A stretch of 47,722 nt of DNA from Gemmatimonadota bacterium (GCA_035249945.1 DATFFS010000253.1:1-47722), one strand, 5' to 3'. Counted from the stretch's first letter, positions 33,190-43,495 are shown. Numbers and translations are program-made. Notes: generated by a model not told the origin, from the sequence alone.

Positions 33190-33792
33190 GTGCTCGCCGT
33201 CGACACCGCCACGGTGCCCGGATCGGTGGCCCTTCGCGCGGGCGAGGAGACCCGCTGCCGGGCGCTCGATCCGCGGGCCGCGTTCCGCGAGACGGCTCCC
33301 GCGATCGAGCTGCTGCGCGCCGAGTGGGGACTGGAGTGGGCCGCCGTCGACGCGATCGCGGTGCCGGCGGGACCGGGCTCGTTCACCGGCCTTCGGATCG
33401 GGGCGGCGATGGCGATCGCGCTCTCGCGCGCCGCGCGACGGCCGTTGTACGGGGTTCCCACACTGGCCGCCGTGGCGGAGGCGTGGGGTCCGCCGGAGCC
33501 GCGACGCGTGTGCGCGACCCTGGACGCGCGACGCCGCCGCAGCTACGCGGCGCTCTACGAACGCGCCGCGCCCGCACGCTGGAGGCTGCTCGAGGGCCCT
33601 CTGGACGCGAGCCCGGAAGCGGTGGTGGCCCTGGCGCGCGGGGTCCCGGTAGTGGCGCCCGATGGCGGGGATCCGGCCGGCGTGTCGGTCGCGATCTGCA
33701 GGCTGGTGGCGGCCGATCCCACATCCTACGCGCTGGCCTCCCCCGAAGACCTGGAGCTGGCCTATGCGCGACCGGCCGTCGAAGCCCGCTGA
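33190..33792 (+). CDS. tsaB: tRNA t6A37 biosynthesis protein TsaB (YeaZ)
   Basis: VLAVDTAT start region and GPGSFTGLRIG motif, positioned between tsaE and rimI. The start is assigned to the GTG at 33190 but is uncertain. Confidence 0.85.
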   Translation: MLAVDTATVPGSVALRAGEETRCRALDPRAAFRETAPAIELLRAEWGLEWAAVDAIAVPAGPGSFTGLRIGAAMAIALSRAARRPLYGVPTLAAVAEAWGPPEPRRVCATLDARRRRSYAALYERAAPARWRLLEGPLDASPEAVVALARGVPVVAPDGGDPAGVSVAICRLVAADPTSYALASPEDLELAYARPAVEAR

Positions 33793-34261
33793 CGGGTCCG
33801 GCGAATCGGTCCTGGAGTTCCGCCCCTGGCGAGAGCCGGATCTCGACGCCGTATGCGAGATCGAGCGTCGCACGTTCCCATTGCCCTGGACACGCCGACA
33901 GTTCTCCGATCTGCATGCCCATCCGGCGGGCTTCGGCTGGGTGGCCGCGCGCCGGGACGGCCGGCTCGTCGGATACGCCGTCGGCTGGGTAGCGGCCGAC
34001 GAAGCCGAGCTCGCCGACCTCGCCGTATCGGAGGAGTCTCGCGACCAGGGTATCGGCGCAGTCCTCGTGCGCGCGTTCGCGCGCGAGGCCGGCGTGCGCG
34101 GTGCGCGTCGGCTCTATCTCGAGGTGCGGGTCTCGAACGAGCGCGCGCAGCGATTCTACGACCGTCTCGGGTTCGGAGTCGTCGGCCGGCGAACGGCGTA
34201 CTACCGAAACCCGCGCGAGGACGCGCTCGCCATGGCCGCGTCCCTGCCACTGGGAAGTTGA
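33764..34261 (+). CDS. rimI: Ribosomal-protein-alanine N-acetyltransferase (GNAT)
   Basis: GNAT core LADLAVSEESRDQGIGAVLV...LEVRVSNERAQRFYDRLGF...YY, in the classical tsaE-tsaB-rimI arrangement. Confidence 0.85.
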   Translation: MRDRPSKPADGSGESVLEFRPWREPDLDAVCEIERRTFPLPWTRRQFSDLHAHPAGFGWVAARRDGRLVGYAVGWVAADEAELADLAVSEESRDQGIGAVLVRAFAREAGVRGARRLYLEVRVSNERAQRFYDRLGFGVVGRRTAYYRNPREDALAMAASLPLGS

Positions 34262-34286
34262 CCCGGGTCCTCAGCTCCGATCGCGG

Positions 34287-34315
34287 TTGACCGGTTTCCG
34301 ACCGCCGGGTAGCCT
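34287..34315 (+). promoter_or_regulatory. Candidate promoter TTGACC - 17 nt - TAGCCT ending 8 nt before the accD ATG
   Basis: Hexamers read directly from the sequence. There is no Shine-Dalgarno motif before the ATG at 34324. Confidence 0.3.
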
Positions 34316-34323
34316 TACCCTCG

Positions 34324-35187
34324 ATGACGTGGTTCAAGCGTGACCGCAAGAAGATCGAGACCACCGAAAAGAAGGAGATCCCCGGCGACCTGTGGCAGAA
34401 ATGCCCTGCGTGCGGGGACATCCTGTATCGGAAGGAGCTGGCCCAGCGGGCCTGGATCTGCTCGAAATGCGGCCACCATTTCCGCGTCGCCGCCGACGAC
34501 TATCTCGAGATCCTTCTCGACGCAGGATCCTTCGAGGAGTTCGACGCCGAGCTCGAGAGCGTCGACGCCCTCGAGTTCGTGGACACGCGGCCGTACCGGG
34601 AGCGCCTGCTGCAGTACCGCGAGCGCACCGGCCGCAACGATGCGGTCGTATGCGGGATCGGCTCCATCGACGGGGTGCAGGTCTCGATCTCCGTGATGGA
34701 CTTCAACTTCATGGGTGGCAGCATGGGCTCGGTGGTCGGAGAGAAAGTGGCGCGCGCGATCGAGCGCGCCCTGAGCCGCGAGATCCCGCTGGTCATTGTC
34801 TCGGCGAGTGGAGGAGCCCGGATGCAGGAGGGGGTGCTCTCACTCATGCAGATGGCCAAGACCAGCACCCTGCTCGCGGCGCTCGATCGGCAGGGTCTGC
34901 CGTTCGTGGCTCTGAACACGGATCCCACGACTGGCGGAGTAACCGCCTCCTATGCCATGCTCGGCGACGTGATCTACGCGGAGCCCAAGGCGCAGATCGG
35001 CTTCGCCGGGCCGCGGGTCATCAAGCAGACGATCGGTCAGGATCTCCCCGACGAGTTCCAGACGGCGGAGTTCGTCCTCGAGCACGGGTTCGTCGACGCG
35101 GTGGTTCCGCGCCTGCGGCTGAAACGGGTAGTCTCGCGCACACTGCGCTGGATGCTCGGGCGGGAGGCGCTGCCCGAAGAGTCGTGA
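34324..35187 (+). CDS. accD: Acetyl-CoA carboxylase carboxyltransferase beta subunit
   Basis: N-terminal zinc ribbon CPACGDILY...CSKCGHHFR, then FMGGSMGSVVGEK and SASGGARMQEG blocks. Confidence 0.95.
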   Translation: MTWFKRDRKKIETTEKKEIPGDLWQKCPACGDILYRKELAQRAWICSKCGHHFRVAADDYLEILLDAGSFEEFDAELESVDALEFVDTRPYRERLLQYRERTGRNDAVVCGIGSIDGVQVSISVMDFNFMGGSMGSVVGEKVARAIERALSREIPLVIVSASGGARMQEGVLSLMQMAKTSTLLAALDRQGLPFVALNTDPTTGGVTASYAMLGDVIYAEPKAQIGFAGPRVIKQTIGQDLPDEFQTAEFVLEHGFVDAVVPRLRLKRVVSRTLRWMLGREALPEES

Positions 35188-36533
35188 GCGAGTATCGCAC
35201 CGCGTTGTCGGCGCTCCACGCGCTGGAGGCGTTCGGCATGCGGCTGGGCCTCGAGAACGTGGCCGACTACTGCGCGGCCGCCGGCCATCCCGAACGCGCG
35301 TGGCAGGCCCTGCACGTCGCCGGGACCAACGGCAAGGGCACCACCGCCGCCTGCCTGGCCGCGCTCGCCCGCCGGCACGGACTGCGCGCCGGCCTCTACA
35401 CGTCACCTCACCTCGTCGATTTCCGCGAACGGATTCGCGTCGACGGAGAGCCGATCTCCAGGCCGGGCTTCGTGGGGATGTGGGATCGCGTAGGCCCGTT
35501 CGTGCAGGAACGATCGATGACGTTCTTCGAAGCCGGCACGCTGATGGCCATGGAATGGTTCGCCGAGCGGAGGGTCGATGTGGCGGTGCTCGAGGTCGGT
35601 CTCGGCGGAAGGCTCGACGCGACCAACGTCGTCATCCCAGCGCTCTCGATCGTGACGAACATCGCTCTCGATCACGAGCGGCACCTGGGATCCGACCTCG
35701 CTGCGATCGCTCGCGAGAAGGCCGGGATCTTCAAGCCCGGTGTGCCAGCGCTGGTGGGCGAGGCGGATGCGCCATCCGTACGCGAAGCGCTCGCCGCTGC
35801 GGCGCGCGAGCGCGGCACTCCGATCGGATGGTTGGGTCAGGAAGCGCGCTGGGAGACACGCTCGCAAGAGGCGGGGTGGACGACCTTCGACTACGAGTCC
35901 GAGCGCGGCCGCCTGGAGGGCCTCGCGCTGCCGCTGGCGGGGGACCAATTCGTCGTCGATGCCGCGCTGGCGCTGCGGGCGTGGGAGCGCTGGCGCGGAG
36001 AGCTCGATCCGGCCGCCGTAAAGGCAGCCCTGGCCGAGGCCGTGCCCCCCGGCCGCATGGAGTCGCGTTCGGTGGGTGCCGTTCCATACCTCTTCGACGT
36101 CGCGCACAATCCCGCGGCGGTCGACCGGCTGGCGGCCGTCCTACCGCGGTCGGGTGTCGTGCGCTGGACGTTCGTGGCGGGCATCCTGGCGGACAAGCGA
36201 TGGGAGGAGATGCTGGACGCTCTGTTGCGGTTCGCGCCGTGCGGGCACCTGTGCGGTCTCGCGACCGCGAATCCGGGCCGGCGGCTGTCGGCGCGCGAGG
36301 CCGCGGCCGCGCTCGCGTCGAGGCCGGGTATCGCATGGTCGGAGAGTGTCGGGGAGGGCCTCGCGGCGGCCCGGAAGGACGTGGAAGCCGGGCTGGCCGA
36401 CGCGGTCCTCGTCACGGGATCGTTCCATACCGTGGGAGAGGCGCTCCTCGCGCTCGGCCTGGCGTCCGACGGTGAGCCGTACGAGCGGATGGCGGCCGCG
36501 CCGCCCGTCCTGACGCGTGGCGGAGCGGCATGA
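35184..36533 (+). CDS. folC: Bifunctional folylpolyglutamate synthase / dihydrofolate synthase
   Basis: GTGA overlap start. HVAGTNGKGTT P-loop, YTSPHLVDFRERI and TNIALDHERHLG. accD-folC adjacency is common. Confidence 0.9.
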   Translation: MSEYRTALSALHALEAFGMRLGLENVADYCAAAGHPERAWQALHVAGTNGKGTTAACLAALARRHGLRAGLYTSPHLVDFRERIRVDGEPISRPGFVGMWDRVGPFVQERSMTFFEAGTLMAMEWFAERRVDVAVLEVGLGGRLDATNVVIPALSIVTNIALDHERHLGSDLAAIAREKAGIFKPGVPALVGEADAPSVREALAAAARERGTPIGWLGQEARWETRSQEAGWTTFDYESERGRLEGLALPLAGDQFVVDAALALRAWERWRGELDPAAVKAALAEAVPPGRMESRSVGAVPYLFDVAHNPAAVDRLAAVLPRSGVVRWTFVAGILADKRWEEMLDALLRFAPCGHLCGLATANPGRRLSAREAAAALASRPGIAWSESVGEGLAAARKDVEAGLADAVLVTGSFHTVGEALLALGLASDGEPYERMAAAPPVLTRGGAA

Positions 36534-36561
36534 CGAGCGCGTCCGGACAGGGAGAATCCGC

Positions 36562-37860
36562 GTGACGCGCGTCAGCGCGCTCACGGGGATGCGCGACTAC
36601 TACCCCGAACAGATGCGGGTCCGCCGCTGGATCGAAGACCGCTGGCGCGACACCGCTCTCCGATTCGGCTTCGAGGAATACGACGCTCCCCTCATCGAGG
36701 CCCTGGAGCTCTACACTCGCAAGTCGGGCGAGGAGATCGTCAGCCAGCTGTATGCCTTCGAGGACCGGGGCGGCCGGCAGATCGCCTTGCGGCCGGAGAT
36801 GACGCCCTCGCTGGCACGGATGATCGCCGCCCGCAGCCAGGGGCTTCCCAAGCCGATCAAGTGGTTCTCGATCCCGCGCCTGTTCCGCTACGAGCGTCCG
36901 CAGCGCGGCCGCTTCCGCGAGTTCTGGCAGCTCAACCTCGACATCGTAGGTGTCGAGGGGATCGAAGCCGACGCCGAGATCATGGCGGCCGGCGTGGAGG
37001 TCCTCCGTGCCTGCGGTCTGGGCGAGGAGGACTTCGTCGTGCGTTACTCGGACCGCCGCCTGATCGAGGCGGTGATGGATGGTCTCGGCCTCGCCGCGGA
37101 GCAGCGGCCGGCGGTGTACGCGGGCCTCGACAAGCTCCTGCGGGGTGGCGCCGACACCGCCTCCGCCGAGGTGCGGAAGGCGGGTATCCCCGCCGAAACC
37201 ACGGACCGGCTGGTGCGCGCTGTCGGGCGACGTGATCTCGCCGGCCTGCGGGAGGAGCTGACTGGCGAAATCGACCTCGGGATCCACGTCGAGCGGCTCG
37301 AGCGACTGGCCGGCTACCTCGACGCCTACGGGGTCGGGAGCTTCTGCGAGTTCGACGCGGCGGTGGTCCGCGGGCTGGCATACTATACCGGTGTCGTCTT
37401 CGAGATGTACGATCAGGCGGGAGAGCTCCGCGCCCTGTGCGGCGGCGGCCGGTTCGACGACCTCGTGCGCGCTGCCGGGGGCGAGGACCTGCCGGCGGTG
37501 GGCTTCGGTCTGGGCGAGGCGGTGCTGCTCGAGCTCCTCGAGGCGCGCGGTCGGCTGCCCGTCGCCGGGTCGCGCTGCGACGCCTGGGTAATCCCCGTTT
37601 CTCCGGACGACCGCGAGCAAGCGATCCGCACCGCCGCCCGGCTGCGCGCGGCAGGGCTCCGGGTCGACCTGTCTCTACGCGATCAGTCGGTCGGAAAAGC
37701 GCTCAAGCGCGCCGGCCAGTCCGGCTCGCGCGTGGCGGTCGTGATCGGGGCCAGCGAGCGGGAGGCGGGGGTCGTGACGGTCCGCGACCTGGCGAGCGGT
37801 CACGAAGAGCGGACGGACGTCGCGACGCTCGCCGGGCGCCTGCTGGCGACGTCCAGGTAA
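36562..37860 (+). CDS. hisS: Histidine--tRNA ligase
   Basis: GMRDYYP, ALRPEMT, FRYERPQRGRFREFWQ, GGGRFD and an anticodon-binding C-terminal domain. GTG 36562 follows AGGGAGA; GTG 36517 is an alternative start that would overlap folC. Confidence 0.92.
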   Translation: MTRVSALTGMRDYYPEQMRVRRWIEDRWRDTALRFGFEEYDAPLIEALELYTRKSGEEIVSQLYAFEDRGGRQIALRPEMTPSLARMIAARSQGLPKPIKWFSIPRLFRYERPQRGRFREFWQLNLDIVGVEGIEADAEIMAAGVEVLRACGLGEEDFVVRYSDRRLIEAVMDGLGLAAEQRPAVYAGLDKLLRGGADTASAEVRKAGIPAETTDRLVRAVGRRDLAGLREELTGEIDLGIHVERLERLAGYLDAYGVGSFCEFDAAVVRGLAYYTGVVFEMYDQAGELRALCGGGRFDDLVRAAGGEDLPAVGFGLGEAVLLELLEARGRLPVAGSRCDAWVIPVSPDDREQAIRTAARLRAAGLRVDLSLRDQSVGKALKRAGQSGSRVAVVIGASEREAGVVTVRDLASGHEERTDVATLAGRLLATSR

Positions 37861-37872
37861 ACGGGAGAGCGC

Positions 37873-38361
37873 GTGAGGATCGGACTCATCGGCGACACCC
37901 ATGATCACGTGATCCGCATCCGCGAGTCGGTGTCGATCCTGAACCGGGCGCAGGTCGAGGGCGTCATCCACGTCGGCGACTACTGCTCGCCCTTCGCCGT
38001 GCGCGAGCTCGGACGGCTGGACGTCCCCCTTCACGGGATCACGGGAAACAACGACGGGGACATCTTCCAGATCCAGCGCGCGTTCGCCGAGATCGGCGCC
38101 CGGCTGGAAGCGCAGTGGTGGGAGACCCGGTTGGGCGAGCGCCGCGCGCTGGTCATGCACGAGCCGCGTGGCATCATGGACGTGGCTGCGAGCAAGGAGT
38201 TCGACCTCATCGTATACGGTCACACCCACGAGCGCGACGAGCGGCGGGTCGGCGAGGTGCTCATTGTCAACCCGGGAGAGGCGTGCGGCTGGCTGGGCGG
38301 CATCGGATCGCTCGCGATCTACGACACGGAAGACCACGAGGTGACGTTCCATGAGTTCTGA
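37873..38361 (+). CDS. Metallophosphoesterase, YfcE / MJ0936 family
   Basis: [17 protein letters not shown] and GHTHE metal-binding motifs in a ~160-aa protein. Confidence 0.8.
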   Translation: MRIGLIGDTHDHVIRIRESVSILNRAQVEGVIHVGDYCSPFAVRELGRLDVPLHGITGNNDGDIFQIQRAFAEIGARLEAQWWETRLGERRALVMHEPRGIMDVAASKEFDLIVYGHTHERDERRVGEVLIVNPGEACGWLGGIGSLAIYDTEDHEVTFHEF

Positions 38362-39952
38362 ATCGACCAGGGCGGCCCCTCGCACCGCGTCCATCGCGGC
38401 GCAGCGCGAGCCCGGGCAATGGATCCTCGTGCTGGATTTCGGCAGCCAGTTCACGCAACTGATCGCCCGCCGCATCCGCGAGCTGCGCGTCTATTGCGAG
38501 ATCCACCCGTTCGACCTGGATCCCGAGCGCATCCGCGAGTGGCGTCCCGCCGGGATCGTGCTCAGCGGCGGACCCATGAGCGTCCACGAGGCGGGAGCAC
38601 CCCATCCCTTGCCCGCGCTGTTCGACCGCGTCGAGCCGATGCTCGGGATCTGCTACGGCATGCAGCTGCTGGCGCAGGTGGAGGGGGGAGAGGTCCTGCA
38701 GGGGCACGCCCGAGAGTACGGCCGCGCTCCGCTCGTCGTCGAGACTCCGGCGGGACCGTTCGCCGGCTTCGCACCGGGCGAGGAGATCTCCGTCTGGATG
38801 AGCCACGGCGATTCGATCCGTTCCGTGCCGCTGCACTACATGCGCTATGGCGTATCCACCGACGGGACGATCGCTGCCTTCGGCAACCCGGAGACGCGGC
38901 GGTTCGGCGTCCAGTTCCATCCGGAGGTCGCGCACACCGATCGCGGGGAGGAGATGCTCGCGAACTTCGTGTTCGACGTCTGCGGCTGCGAGCCGACGTG
39001 GACGATGGCCTCGTTCATCGACCGCGCCGTAGAGGCCGTGCGAGAACGCGTAGGCGAGGGGCGGGCCGTGTGCGCGCTGTCGGGTGGAGTCGACTCAGCG
39101 GTCGCGGCGGCTCTCGTCCATCGGGCGCTGGGAGAGCGCCTGATCTGCATCTTCGTCGACACGGGAGTCCTGCGGAAGGGGGAGCGCGAGCAGGTCGAGC
39201 GTACGTTCCGCGAGCACCTGCATTTCCCGCTGGAGGTGGTCGATGCGGGTGACCGCTTCCTGGCCGACTTGGAGGGGGTCATGGACCCCGAGGAGAAGCG
39301 GATGCGGATCGGGCACCGGTTCATCGAGGTCTTCGAGGAGGCGGCGGAGCGGATCGGCGAGATCGAGTTCCTCGTCCAGGGCACGCTCTACCCCGACGTC
39401 ATCGAGTCGCTGTCCGTGAAGGGACCGTCGGCGACGATCAAGACGCACCACAACGTGGGCGGGCTCCCGGAGGAGATGCGGCTGGCGGTGGTCGAGCCCC
39501 TGAGGGAGCTCTTCAAGGACGAGGTGCGCCAGGTCGGACGCGAGCTGGGCCTGCCGGAGGAGATCCTCGACCGTCACCCGTTCCCGGGCCCCGGCCTGGC
39601 GATCCGCGTGCTTGGCGAGGTCACGCGCGAGGGGCTGGATCTGTTGCGCGAGGTCGACGCCATCTACCTGCAGGAGATCCGCGCGGCGGGCCTCTACGAC
39701 AGCATCTGGCAGGCGTTCGCGGTGCTCCTGCCGGTGCGTGCGGTGGGGGTCATGGGCGACGCGCGCACGTACGAGAGCGTGGTGGCGCTGCGCGCGGTGA
39801 CCTCGCGCGACGGCATGACCGCCGACTGGTTCCCGTTTCCGTATGACGTCCTAGGGCGGATCTCCAATCGGATCATCAATCAGGTGCGGGGGGTCAATCG
39901 CGTGACCTACGACGTCTCGAGCAAGCCCCCGGCGACGATCGAGTGGGAGTGA
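38351..39952 (+). CDS. guaA: GMP synthase (glutamine-hydrolysing)
   Basis: GATase domain ([28 protein letters not shown]), ATP-PPase SGGVDS motif, and a C-terminal dimerisation domain ending KPPATIEWE. Confidence 0.95.
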   Translation: MSSESTRAAPRTASIAAQREPGQWILVLDFGSQFTQLIARRIRELRVYCEIHPFDLDPERIREWRPAGIVLSGGPMSVHEAGAPHPLPALFDRVEPMLGICYGMQLLAQVEGGEVLQGHAREYGRAPLVVETPAGPFAGFAPGEEISVWMSHGDSIRSVPLHYMRYGVSTDGTIAAFGNPETRRFGVQFHPEVAHTDRGEEMLANFVFDVCGCEPTWTMASFIDRAVEAVRERVGEGRAVCALSGGVDSAVAAALVHRALGERLICIFVDTGVLRKGEREQVERTFREHLHFPLEVVDAGDRFLADLEGVMDPEEKRMRIGHRFIEVFEEAAERIGEIEFLVQGTLYPDVIESLSVKGPSATIKTHHNVGGLPEEMRLAVVEPLRELFKDEVRQVGRELGLPEEILDRHPFPGPGLAIRVLGEVTREGLDLLREVDAIYLQEIRAAGLYDSIWQAFAVLLPVRAVGVMGDARTYESVVALRAVTSRDGMTADWFPFPYDVLGRISNRIINQVRGVNRVTYDVSSKPPATIEWE

Positions 39953-39979
39953 GCTGAAGCAGGCGACAGCGGCGCCTGG

Positions 39980-40393
39980 TCAGGGAGCCGCGGGAGCGCT
40001 GTCGGCGAGCAGCTCCGCCGGCTCGGCCTCCGTCCGCTCGCTCTCCGCCGCGCCGGGCTGCGTTATCGGGAACAGGGTGTCGAGTCGCGCCGATACCCGG
40101 CCGTACGCTCGGGTCATCCTGTCGTCGTCCTGGCCGTGGACCTCCACGAACGTCCGCATCTCCTCCTCGGTGACGCTGTGCTGCCGCAGAATCTCTTCCA
40201 CCCGCAGCGTGTAGGACACGGTGTCGGGAAGCAGCTGGATCCGCGCAACGACCAGATCGGACAAGGCCGCGGTGAATGTACGCTCGTCGATCGTGGGGCG
40301 ACCGGGCTCCGGTGGGGGGAGCTCTTCGCTGCAGGAGGTCGCGAAGGCCAGCGCAAGGACGAGCGCGCGCGGCAGGAGGATGTGCCTTCGCAT
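39980..40393 (-). CDS. Small lipoprotein of unknown function (possibly DUF4296-like)
   Basis: The internal ATG gives MRRHILLPRALVLALAFATSC with a lipobox Cys, followed by a helical ~100-aa domain and an acidic tail. The family guess is weak. Confidence 0.6.
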   Translation of the reverse strand: MRRHILLPRALVLALAFATSCSEELPPPEPGRPTIDERTFTAALSDLVVARIQLLPDTVSYTLRVEEILRQHSVTEEEMRTFVEVHGQDDDRMTRAYGRVSARLDTLFPITQPGAAESERTEAEPAELLADSAPAAP

Positions 40394-40467
40394 GCCGCAC
40401 AAGATGCGGGTCTCCGTGCATGCCGCCAAGGTTGGCCGGGCAGGAGAGCGATCCTATCTTCCGGTGC

Positions 40468-41367
40468 GTGAGATGGTCCTGCCCGGCCTTCGCTCTTCTC
40501 CTTCTGCTCGCGCTGTTCTGGGCGCGCTCCCCGGTGCTCGCGCAGCAACCCGTGGAGATCGACACGGGAGTGACGGGAGAGGCCTTGTTCCACCTTGCGC
40601 TGGAGGCGCGCCGGCGCGGGGACGAGCGGCTGGCCGCGTTCGTGCTGGAGCGCGTCGTGCGCCTCGACCCCGTGGCCGTGCTGCCCCGCCTGGAGTGGGC
40701 CGAAGTGCTGCTCTCCCTCGGAGAGCCGGACCTGGTCGAGGCCCTGCTGATGCCGGTGGCCGAGCGCATCGAGGCCGACGCCAGCGAGCGGCCGGATTCG
40801 GCCGCGCGGTTCTATCGCCTGCGCGGCAATGCGGCGGCACGTGCGGGAAGGAAATCCGACGCACTCGACCTCTACGAGCAGGCGATCGCGCTCGCACCCT
40901 ATGATCTCGGGCTGCGCGGTCTGGTCGTTTCCATGTACCGCGCGAGGGGAGACGAGAGCTCGGCCGCGCGCCATCTCGTAGCGGCCGCGTCGATTCGGCC
41001 CCAGGACTTCGATCTACGGCTCGAAGCAGGGCGTGCGCTCCTGGCGGTGAACCGCTTCGTGGAGGCGGAGGACGAGTTCCGCATCGCGCTGCGCATCGAT
41101 CTGTGGTCCGTCCCCGCATGGCAGGGTCTCGGGGAGTCTCTCGCCGGACAGGAGAAGTGGGCGGACGCCGAGGAGGTCTACCGCGGCGGGCTCCGCCTGG
41201 CGCCCGAGTCGGCTCCGCTCCATGAGCTCCTCGGCGACGTGCTCCTGGCGGGGGGGCGCCCGAAGGAAGCCATCGTCTGGTACAACCGGGCCGCCGCGCT
41301 GGGCGGCCCGCCGGCACCGTCGCTCGCCGACAAGATCGAGCAGGCACAGGCCCAGCTCCGGCCGTGA
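40468..41367 (+). CDS. TPR-repeat protein with signal peptide
   Basis: GTG at 40468 gives a hydrophobic leader (PAFALLLLLALFWARSPVLAQQ), followed by several TPR-like repeats (ALDLYEQAIALAP, AEDEFRIALRID, AEEVYRGGLRLAP, EAIVWYNRAAAL). Confidence 0.7.
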   Translation: MRWSCPAFALLLLLALFWARSPVLAQQPVEIDTGVTGEALFHLALEARRRGDERLAAFVLERVVRLDPVAVLPRLEWAEVLLSLGEPDLVEALLMPVAERIEADASERPDSAARFYRLRGNAAARAGRKSDALDLYEQAIALAPYDLGLRGLVVSMYRARGDESSAARHLVAAASIRPQDFDLRLEAGRALLAVNRFVEAEDEFRIALRIDLWSVPAWQGLGESLAGQEKWADAEEVYRGGLRLAPESAPLHELLGDVLLAGGRPKEAIVWYNRAAALGGPPAPSLADKIEQAQAQLRP

Positions 41368-42128
41368 GGGCCGGCCGCGCGTGCGTTCTGGTCGTCATGC
41401 TGGCCGCTTCCACTGCGCCGGGCTGCATGGCATCCCTTACGAAGGAAGCCGCGCGCGCCCTCGAAGCCGGCGGCGACGCGGCGCCGCTGGTGGCTGAGCT
41501 GTCGGCCATCCACGATGCCATCAAGCGCACGAAACGGATCTTCGACGTGACGCTGGTAGAGGGCGGCCGGCGCTTCCATGGCGAGGGTGCGCTGTCCTAT
41601 CGCGCCCGGCCGCTGGCGGCGCGGGGGGACGTCTTCGGGCCACAATCGACGCCGGTCCTGCGCTTTTCCCTGGTGGCGGACTCTCTCACCGTGGTGCTGC
41701 CACGCGAGGGCGAGGTTCTCCGTGGCCGACTCGGCGACCCGCGTTTCGCCGAGTTGACCGGCGAGCGCGCGCTCGTTTCACCCGAGGTCCTGGGCGCGTT
41801 GCTGGGCGCCTACGACGTCCGGCGGCTGGTGGACGGGGCCGACCGGGTGGCCTCCGCAATCCACGACGACCGCCGCACCCTTTACATTTGGGAATCCGGA
41901 TCCCTGCATGCACTGACGGTCCGGGGCGGACGCCTGGTGGAGTACCGGCAAGCGAGCGGCGGCGAGCTGGCGTATCGTGTGGAGTTCGAAGAGTTCGCGC
42001 CGGTGGACGGCCGCGAAAGCCCGCGGCGAGTGGTGGTGCGGGACTTCGCCCGCGACCGATGGCTGGTGCTGGAAGTCTCTCGCGAGCACGAGGAGGTCGA
42101 GGATGCGGAGCTGTCACCGCTCCCGTAG
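41364..42128 (+). CDS. Putative lipoprotein with LolB/LolA-like (DUF4292-like) sequence pattern
   Basis: GTGA overlap start and leader VLVVMLAASTAPGC. The segment RRFHGEGALSYRARPLAARGDVFGPQSTPVLRFSLVADSLTVVLPREGEVLRG resembles the half-barrel pattern of LolB/DUF4292 proteins. Tentative call. Confidence 0.45.
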   Translation: MRAGRACVLVVMLAASTAPGCMASLTKEAARALEAGGDAAPLVAELSAIHDAIKRTKRIFDVTLVEGGRRFHGEGALSYRARPLAARGDVFGPQSTPVLRFSLVADSLTVVLPREGEVLRGRLGDPRFAELTGERALVSPEVLGALLGAYDVRRLVDGADRVASAIHDDRRTLYIWESGSLHALTVRGGRLVEYRQASGGELAYRVEFEEFAPVDGRESPRRVVVRDFARDRWLVLEVSREHEEVEDAELSPLP

Positions 42129-42636
42129 CAAAGCCTGGATCCGGGGCTGGATCCCGGCCGCCACGGTGCTGGCCGGGATGGCCTGCGGTTACTCGTTTCG
42201 CTCGCCCGTGCCGGCCCATCTCAACACCGTATACGTCCCCACGTTCCAGAATGAGACGCGCGAGTTTCAGCTCACCCAGCAGCTCACCGAACGCGTCATC
42301 AACGAGTTCCTCAACGAATCTCGCCTGCAGCTCGTGGGCGACGAGCAGGACGCCGATCTCCTCGTCGTGGGCACCATCAGGAACTACGAGGAAGAAGCCC
42401 TCTCCTATGACCCCGGACAGGCCGCGAATCCGGACGTGTTCAACCGGCGAGTACTGCTGACCGTGGACGTCCGGCTCGAGGATCAGGTCAGGGACGAGAC
42501 GCTCTGGGAAAGCGCCTCGCTCCGCGAGTGGGGTGAGTTCAGCGAGGAGCAGGGGGAGACCCGCGAGGACGGGATTCAGCGCGCGATCGACAAGATCTCG
42601 GAAGAGCTCCTGCGGCACGTCGTGGAGGAGTTTTGA
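42103..42636 (+). CDS. lptE: LPS-assembly lipoprotein LptE-like
   Basis: AGGAGG lies 7 nt upstream of the ATG at 42103. Lipoprotein leader ending GMACGYSF, then VYVPTFQNET, LTERVINEFL and LLVVGTI, typical of the LptE family. Confidence 0.7.
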   Translation: MRSCHRSRSKAWIRGWIPAATVLAGMACGYSFRSPVPAHLNTVYVPTFQNETREFQLTQQLTERVINEFLNESRLQLVGDEQDADLLVVGTIRNYEEEALSYDPGQAANPDVFNRRVLLTVDVRLEDQVRDETLWESASLREWGEFSEEQGETREDGIQRAIDKISEELLRHVVEEF

Positions 42637-42986
42637 TACGCGCGTTGCTCTGGTTGGCTGTGTTGGGAGTCGGCGTCTACATTGCGACCCGCTACGCGGC
42701 CCCGCAGATTCGGGCCTGGCGATTCGAGGACGCGATGACGCAGACGGTCCGGCTATCCGAGGCGGCGGGAGAGTCGGAGATGCGCCGCGCGCTGCTCGAG
42801 ACCGCGGCTGATCTCCACGTTCCCCTGACTTCGCCCCGTCTGCAGGTCAATCGCGATCTCAGCGGTCGGACTCTCATCTCCGCATCGTGGGAGGAGATCA
42901 TCAGCATCGAAGCGTGGAAGCTCGGAGAATGGGTGGACACGCTGCACTATGCGTACGAAGTGCGGGAAGGATTCGTGAACCAGTGA
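42633..42986 (+). CDS. Small membrane-anchored protein, unknown function
   Basis: The TTG start overlaps the lptE stop. It has a single N-terminal TM helix (ALLWLAVLGVGVYIA) and a ~90-aa soluble domain. Confidence 0.5.
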   Translation: MIRALLWLAVLGVGVYIATRYAAPQIRAWRFEDAMTQTVRLSEAAGESEMRRALLETAADLHVPLTSPRLQVNRDLSGRTLISASWEEIISIEAWKLGEWVDTLHYAYEVREGFVNQ

Positions 42987-43495
42987 GCCCGTTGCTCCAG
43001 AAGAAAGTACTGGTGCTCAACCAGAACTATGAGCCGCTGACGGTATGTCACGCTCAGCGCGCCGTGGTGCTGGTGGTGCTCGGCAAAGCCGAGATCGTGG
43101 AGCGCTACGACGTCGTGGTCCGGTCCGTATCGTGCGCGGTCCCGCTGCCTTCCGTCGTGCGTCTCAGCATGTACATCCGCGCGCCGCGCCAGCCGGTGGC
43201 TCTCACCCGGCGCAACGTCCTCAAGCGCGACGGATATCGCTGTCAGTACTGCGCCACCCGCAGGGGTCCCATGACCACCGACCATGTCGTGCCGCGCTCG
43301 CTCGGTGGCAGCGACAGCTGGACGAACCTCGTCTGCGCGTGCATCCGTTGTAACAACCGCAAGGGCAGCCGCACCCCCGAGCAGGCCAGCATGCCCCTGC
43401 TCAGAGTCCCGCGACGGCCCCATCGGTATACCCAGATCACATTCTACTCGGCGATTCCCGACAAGCGCTGGAGACCGTACCTGTTCCTGGACTGA
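42983..43495 (+). CDS. HNH endonuclease family protein
   Basis: GTGA overlap start. HNH/zinc motif RDGYRCQYC...TTDHVVPRSLGG...NLVCACIRCNNRKG, preceded by an N-terminal VLVLNQNYEPL domain. Confidence 0.85.
   Translation: MSPLLQKKVLVLNQNYEPLTVCHAQRAVVLVVLGKAEIVERYDVVVRSVSCAVPLPSVVRLSMYIRAPRQPVALTRRNVLKRDGYRCQYCATRRGPMTTDHVVPRSLGGSDSWTNLVCACIRCNNRKGSRTPEQASMPLLRVPRRPHRYTQITFYSAIPDKRWRPYLFLD

Noticed and set aside
39960-39978. A small hairpin (CAGGCG-7 nt-CGCCTG) between the convergent guaA and lipoprotein genes, considered as a bidirectional terminator.
   Set aside because: The stem is only 6 bp and has no flanking T or A tracts, which is too weak to call.
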